Shown: positions 58,511 to 64,000 of the stretch, piece by piece
Numbering within the stretch: position 1 is the first letter of the stretch
How the letters are laid out: each line of letters starts with the position of its first letter
From: the human T2T-CHM13v2.0 reference genome, Homo sapiens
Assembly: GCF_009914755.1 (NCBI RefSeq)
Contig: NC_060948.1
Length of the DNA stretch: 64,000 bases
Strand: one strand, 5' to 3'
Translations under genes and position numbers: made by a program
The notes under the pieces: generated by a model
What the model was told of the DNA's origin: nothing
The model's input: the letters and a program-made list of their open reading frames with translations, nothing else
The model's database searches: none

Positions 58511-59109
58511 ACTTATCAAAATTATAAGGAACAAATAAGGTATGGGACACTGATCATAGTCAGCACTACTGGCTTCCTGACAGCAGTCAAATTTTTCTGC
58601 ACTTACTTTCTAAATGTGGAATGTTCTTTCTACAAGTATCTATGAGCATCTGACATGTATGGGTATTAGTGCATAATTGTAGCTCTGTGCACGTGACTAT
58701 AGCTGGTAGAGCTCATAGAAACTCAAACCTTGTAACTTTTTTTCTAGATCTCGTTGAAATGGACATTACTAATACATATTATATTTAAGCATGTATTTAT
58801 ATGCTTTAAGCCACTGTGTGCTTATTAAATATCCATTATATAATGTATCTAATTATGATAAGAAATAGTGAAAATTTATTGTTTGGATATTTACATTTTT
58901 AAAATTGCAAAAAATTAATTCTTGTTTATTTTATAGGTAACTGAAAATAATGTTTAGCTTTTTATGAAATAATAGCCATTTTAAACAACAGAATAAAATT
59001 TATTTTAATTGGACATGTAGAAAGTATACATTCTCACTTGCAGTTCATTTATTTACCTAACATGTATTTATATAAGAATGATTTCTGTGATTCTAACCTT
59101 GACCTCTTC

Positions 59110-59740
59110 AGTCATTTCTCAATCAAGCTGCCACAACCATCCTTTAAAACTCAGATCACATCACTCTTCTGCTCATGACCCACCAATTGCTTCCCATTTC
59201 TCTCAAAGAAAGTTAAAATACTTTACCATGTTCTACAAGTCCCGCTACCATTTGTCCCCTCCCCTTTCCGTTCTTCTCTGACCTCCTTTCCTCTTATATA
59301 TGGTCCTTATCTTATGATGAATCAATTTATGATTTTTTGACTTTATGATGGTGCAAAAGTAATACACATTCAGCATAAATTGTACTTTGAGTATGCATAC
59401 AGTCATTCAGTTTTCCACTTTCACTTCAGTATTCAGGAACTTACATGAGATATTCAACACTTTACTATAAAATAGGCTTTGTATTGGCTAATTTTGTCCA
59501 ATGTAGGCTAATGTAAGTGTTCTGAGGACGGTAAGGTAGGCTAGGCTAAGCCATGATGTTTGGCAGCTTAGGTGTATTAAATGCATTTTTGACTTAAGAT
59601 AGTTTCAATTTAGATGCTCCTTGACTTAACAATGGGTTTATCAGGACATAACCCCTTCGTAAGTCTAGAAGCATCTGTACTCTTTCCTGGTCTCCCTTGG
59701 CTCTAGCAATACTGGCCTGCTTGCTATGCCTTCAACATAT
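59110..59740 (+). mobile_element. L2a fragment split by MER47A
   Basis: 'tcagatcacatcactcttctgctca...gcttcccatt', resuming after 59677 with 'ctctagcaatactggcctgcttgcta'. Confidence 0.72.
59297..59677 (-). mobile_element. MER47A (TcMar-Tigger) MITE
   Basis: TA flanks; terminus 'cgtaagtctagaagcatctg|TA'; internal 'aaggtaggctaggctaagc...ttaggtgtattaaatgcatt'. Confidence 0.85.
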
Positions 59741-59744
59741 ACAC

Positions 59745-60459
59745 TGAAGTTGTGATTGCTTTTTATTTATGCTATCTATTTCACTGAAGATTTCTCCCCT
59801 GGTATCTTGTTTCATTTTTTTGATTTCCTTAAATTGGACCTCACCTCTTTCTGGTGCCTCCATGATTAGCTTAATAATTGACCTTCTGAATTCTTTTTCA
59901 GGTAAATCAAAGATTTCTTCTTGGTTTGGATCTATTGCTGGTGAGCTAGTGTAATTCTTGGGGCATGTTAAGGAACCTTGTTTCTTCATATGACTAGAAT
60001 TGCTTTTCTGGTTCTTTCTCATTTGGTAGGCTATGTCAGAGGGAAGATCTGGGGCTCAAAGTTGCTGTTCAGATTCTTTTGCCTCCTGGGGTTTTCCCTT
60101 GATGTAGTAGTCTCCCCTTTTCCTAGGGATGTGGCTTCCTGTGAGCCAAACTGTAGTGATATTATTTCTCTTCTGGATCTAGCCACCCAGCAGGACTAGG
60201 TTGTCTTCACAGACAGAGTCCTGTGATGTGTACCATCTTCAGGTCTCTCAGCTGTGAATACCAGCACAGTGTTTTGGTTGTCTCCCAGGTCCTGTAGGAG
60301 CAATCCACTTTCTTCAGGGTGTCTATGGATTCTCTTGGCTTTCCTAGTATATTCCTGAAGTAGTTCTTGGAACAAAAGTCCATGATTCAAGTCTCCACAC
60401 GCTGCTCTGTCTGTCTGACTGGGAGCTGCAATTTAGTTCTGCCTTCTATCTACCATTTT
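59745..60459 (-). mobile_element. L1PB-type 5' UTR plus ORF1 N-terminus (3' part missing)
   Basis: ORF 59732-60022 'MRKNQKSNS...DPNQEEIFDLPEKEFRRSIIKLI' is L1 ORF1p-like; 5' terminus 'gggagctgcaatttagttctgccttctatctaccatttt'. Confidence 0.85.
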
Positions 60460-61867
60460 TCTCAGTATCCACCCAGAACAGCTTATCAAGATGGGCATAA
60501 AAATTGCAGACCTGTGACCATGTATTATCTTGTCTTGTTATGCTCTCGTACTTCAAAACACATTTGTTTCACCCATGTAACTCATTATTCTCATTTGTCA
60601 TGAAATATTTGTGCACTGATAGACAATGAAAATTGGCATCTTCCTCTAGGATTTTCATTTCACTGATGGCAGGTTTTGAACTCCATAGATGATTTTCAAT
60701 TCAAAGTGGAAGAAAGAACTTGTGAGTTAATTTCAAACTTCTGAGTAACTTCTGTTCAGTATGATGTTTACTTTACTGCAGTTGCAGGTCAACTGTTCTT
60801 CAGTCCTAAAATACAATAATCCCTAATCAGATATATCTGTTTCAAGAACTAAAATTACTTCTAATTTACAAGACTCGCTTCTTATAAACTATTCCATCAA
60901 CTTAATTCTACTCCTACAAAGCTCTTTTGTGTAGGTTCACAAATAAATCATTTTACGCCTCTTTGCTTTCAGAATAATTCATTCAGGAATGACTCAGAGT
61001 AGGTTCGACTAATGCATGACATCTTTTAATTTCATGTAAACTAACAATATTCAATTTCATTTGGAAATATTTTATATCACCTGAACCTATGGGGTACATA
61101 TAGTAAGTTTTCTTTCCATTTCTTTAGCTATCTTTAACATTCACATCGAATAATTTTCTAAGATCTGTAACTATGAAATTCTATTTTATCTTACTGCTAT
61201 CAATTTTATTTATAGTGTAAAAATAATTATATTATCTTTACATTTGAATGCACTACACTGGCCTTGAGTCAAATTTTTTAACACGGTATTAAACATTGCA
61301 TGTTTAGTTACTGCAAGCATCATATTAGTCACTGTTAAATGAGGTAAAATCTATTTTTCCTTAGCTCACTTCATAATTCTCTACTGTATATGATTCATCC
61401 CTTCATCTGGAATCTGCTGTAGTTGAGCTTCCATTGTGTTGGGTATGGAAGAGGTTTGTTCACACTGACTTACTGATACAGCAGCTATCGAATAATGGAA
61501 AAGATGTTATGATTTCTTAAGATCATCAGTCCACTCCTAGACATTGCCTGTAAAGAATCATATAGATTTTAAAGAAGACATGTGAAGTGTTTAAATGGAA
61601 ACCTCTGTAGTTTTCAAACAATGGGAAATTGGAAATATTAACTCAATCTGACTACATGACCTTACCATCATTTGGAGAATAAGCTATTTCCAGTTGCCCT
61701 ACAACTGAAACGATAATTTTCTTCATCATTATCATGACTTTCTCCTTTATACAATAAAAAGTTTTAATATTGAAGATGCAGTATCTTATATTTGTACTCC
61801 ATCTACTGATCTTGGATTCTAAATGGATTGGAGCTTTTGCCTTGAGTAAATGTATTCCTACAAAAAC

Positions 61868-62044
61868 CATAGAATTTTAGAGAGAAAAATGATATTAGAA
61901 AGACATTATATACCCAACCCTCTCGTTTGATTGATGAGAAAACTGATGCCAACTTAGTTATGAATTACCTGGATTTACATGAACAAGAAGTGGAACTGGA
62001 GCTCAGGTCTCTTGATTCATTTTCTAGAGCTTTTCCTACTCCAC
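61868..62044 (-). mobile_element. MIR (MIR3/MIRc-like)
   Basis: 'catagaattttagag...ccaaccctctcgttt...gatgagaaaactga...caggtctcttgattc'. Confidence 0.75.
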
Positions 62045-63679
62045 AAACTCCTTTTATTATGAATTCTGTATTCCAAATATTACTATAAATGAAGAATTCA
62101 ATGTAGGATTTTTTTTTTCATCACTAAGGCAAGTGTTAGTTAACAAATACAGTCAAGGAGAAAATGAAATATTTGAAATTAGCTGAAGTTATACTAAAGG
62201 CACAAAGAAAAATTCTCAGACATTATTAGGTACTCAGTAAAAGAGAGAAATTCAGCATCATAGAGCTGTAAACGCCTTGATAAATGTGAGGTCAATCAAT
62301 AAAATAATGACAGTGAACTCGTGTGGCTCATAGCATAGCACAGAAGATAAATCTGAAAGAGAAACAGCAAAATGTTGTGAACAATAGCAGCATCGTTGAA
62401 ATAAATAGTCCCCATTTATACTAGTCTGTAGTTAGAGTTCTAATGAATTAATAATTTTTATTGATTTCAGTTTCTAAAAGAAATTTCTATTCTTGTCATC
62501 TTTATCTGCCTTGGAATCTGATAAAATCTAAGTTGACTACTTCTCATTAAAAGAAATTGTTGAAGCAGAATCTCTGTTATTAAAAGTAATGCAAAACCAA
62601 AACAAAACTCTTTTATACATCTGAAGGTTACAAATAAAACATACATTTATCAGTTTTATTACAAAGATATATTATTAAAGCATGAATGGTTTTAACATGA
62701 ATTGTTTCTTCATTTATTCACGGTAGTTTATACTGCCATTGTAAATTTTAGAGTTTCCCTGCATTTTTTTTGCAAATATCATAGGAGCTATTATAGATAT
62801 TTCATGTTCTATATCTGACTTACAGTTACCCAGTTTTGATCATGACCAAGCAATAGGATCCTAAGGGTCCATTTGAAAGGATTTGGAGGAAATATAGCTT
62901 CATGTTGCAATATAGTTTTGCACATTTGTGACTGATCACTGCAATCAGAGAACCGTGCTATCTCATGTTAAGACTGTATAAATATATACTGTTTCACATA
63001 TTTTCATATAATCATTGCAAATTCTAAAAAAAAAAACACTTTAAATGATGTTTTAAATACTCCTGAGAGTTGTTACTTGTACAGCCTCGTACTTCAGCTG
63101 AACAAGTCATGTATATATAGAATGAATAGATCACCAGAAGCTCCTTCTGTGTCAATGCTCCTGGTAAATGTTTCTACTTGTATTCCCCAGAGGGAATCCT
63201 AGGAGATAATTTGGAGAGCAAAGCAAAAGTTATAACATTTGTTTTTCTCTATTTCTTTGATGCACTAAGAATTCATTTACTTTCTCCACAGACTGGTCTT
63301 CCTTTGCCAGCAAAGAAACTGCAAGTTATATTACTTTATAAAAAGGAAACATTAACCACATTAAAATGTTTCATGTCTCTAAAAATTGTGGTATGTAATT
63401 ACCTAAAACTGAGTTCTTTGAAGAAGGAAAGAAATAATACCAAATTTAGCTCTAATATGCCTGGCTATATGTCATATAAATTCTATTAAGTTAACTATAT
63501 ATCCCCAGTTTTAAAACTATTAAGTGATTCACTCTTCGAAATATTTCCCCTATATTTACAACATAATTTAGAGTAGAATCGCCTTGTAATAATAAAATTA
63601 AAAACCCATATACTCACCTCTTGGTAAACAGCAAATGCAGCAAGAATACAATAGTATGTATGAAAGCAGAGAACACATT

Positions 63680-63830
63680 TGCTTGTAATGTGGGTGGGAC
63701 TGCCTCTTATAAGTAAGGTAATCATATTTGTTTATTTTCTTATCACTTTGTTATTGCTTCCATAATCACCGTGTAAGAAAGTGTAACAGCTTAAATCCTA
63801 TATCTTTCAACCTCATTGGGTAAATATAGT
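63680..63830 (-). promoter_or_regulatory. Candidate tissue-specific core promoter (TATA + FOXA + GATA)
   Basis: Minus-strand TATAAG at 63711-63706; forkhead TATTTGTTTATTT 63725-63737; TGATAAG 63745-63739; CCAAT and GTAAATA near 63815-63826; consensus donor GAG|GTGAGT at 63618. Motif evidence only. Confidence 0.3.
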
Positions 63831-64000
63831 CAAACTTTTAAAGAATGTGGCACAGAGTATCATACTAGGGAATTGCTGTAATCGTTGGAGTAGGGTCTTT
63901 GGCCATGTCAGTTCCCATAGTTATTTACTTAAAGTGAAATCATCTTTACACAGCAATTGCTATTTTCCAGAGATGGGCCACGTTAAATTGTCCACTCTAG

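Noticed and set aside
60986-60996. Overlapping TEAD/AP-1 motif GGAATGACTCA
   Set aside because: A single short motif with no other support; several lone AP-1 heptamers occur in the window, as expected by chance.

Overview
This is AT-rich, CpG-depleted primate (human-like) genomic DNA, either intronic or intergenic. I recognise no protein-coding gene, RNA gene or CRISPR array. The ORF track is explained by Alu, L1, L2, LTR and low-complexity sequence, or by chance. Much of the window is retrotransposon and DNA-transposon fossils: nine near-full Alus plus a FLAM monomer and a tail-only fragment; L1s of several ages; two ERV1-class solo LTRs; two MLT1 LTRs; a complete two-LTR MSTA element; Tigger2b, Tigger3b, MER47A and MER5A; MIRs and L2s. 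Subfamily names come from remembered consensus sequences and should be confirmed with RepeatMasker/Dfam. I did not find a new multi-gene system. The best second-look items are: (1) a candidate minus-strand TATA/FOXA/GATA promoter with spliceable exons near 63.7 kb that could encode a 45-aa Cys-rich micropeptide; (2) a perfect 24-bp-stem, 10-nt-loop hairpin inside an ERV1 LTR; (3) a (CAG)4CAA(CAG)8 repeat born inside a MER5A; (4) a 75-bp foreign insert carrying Oct and Sox motifs; (5) two L1MA insertion-associated deletions; and (6) a tiny young L1 with a perfect 16-bp TSD.
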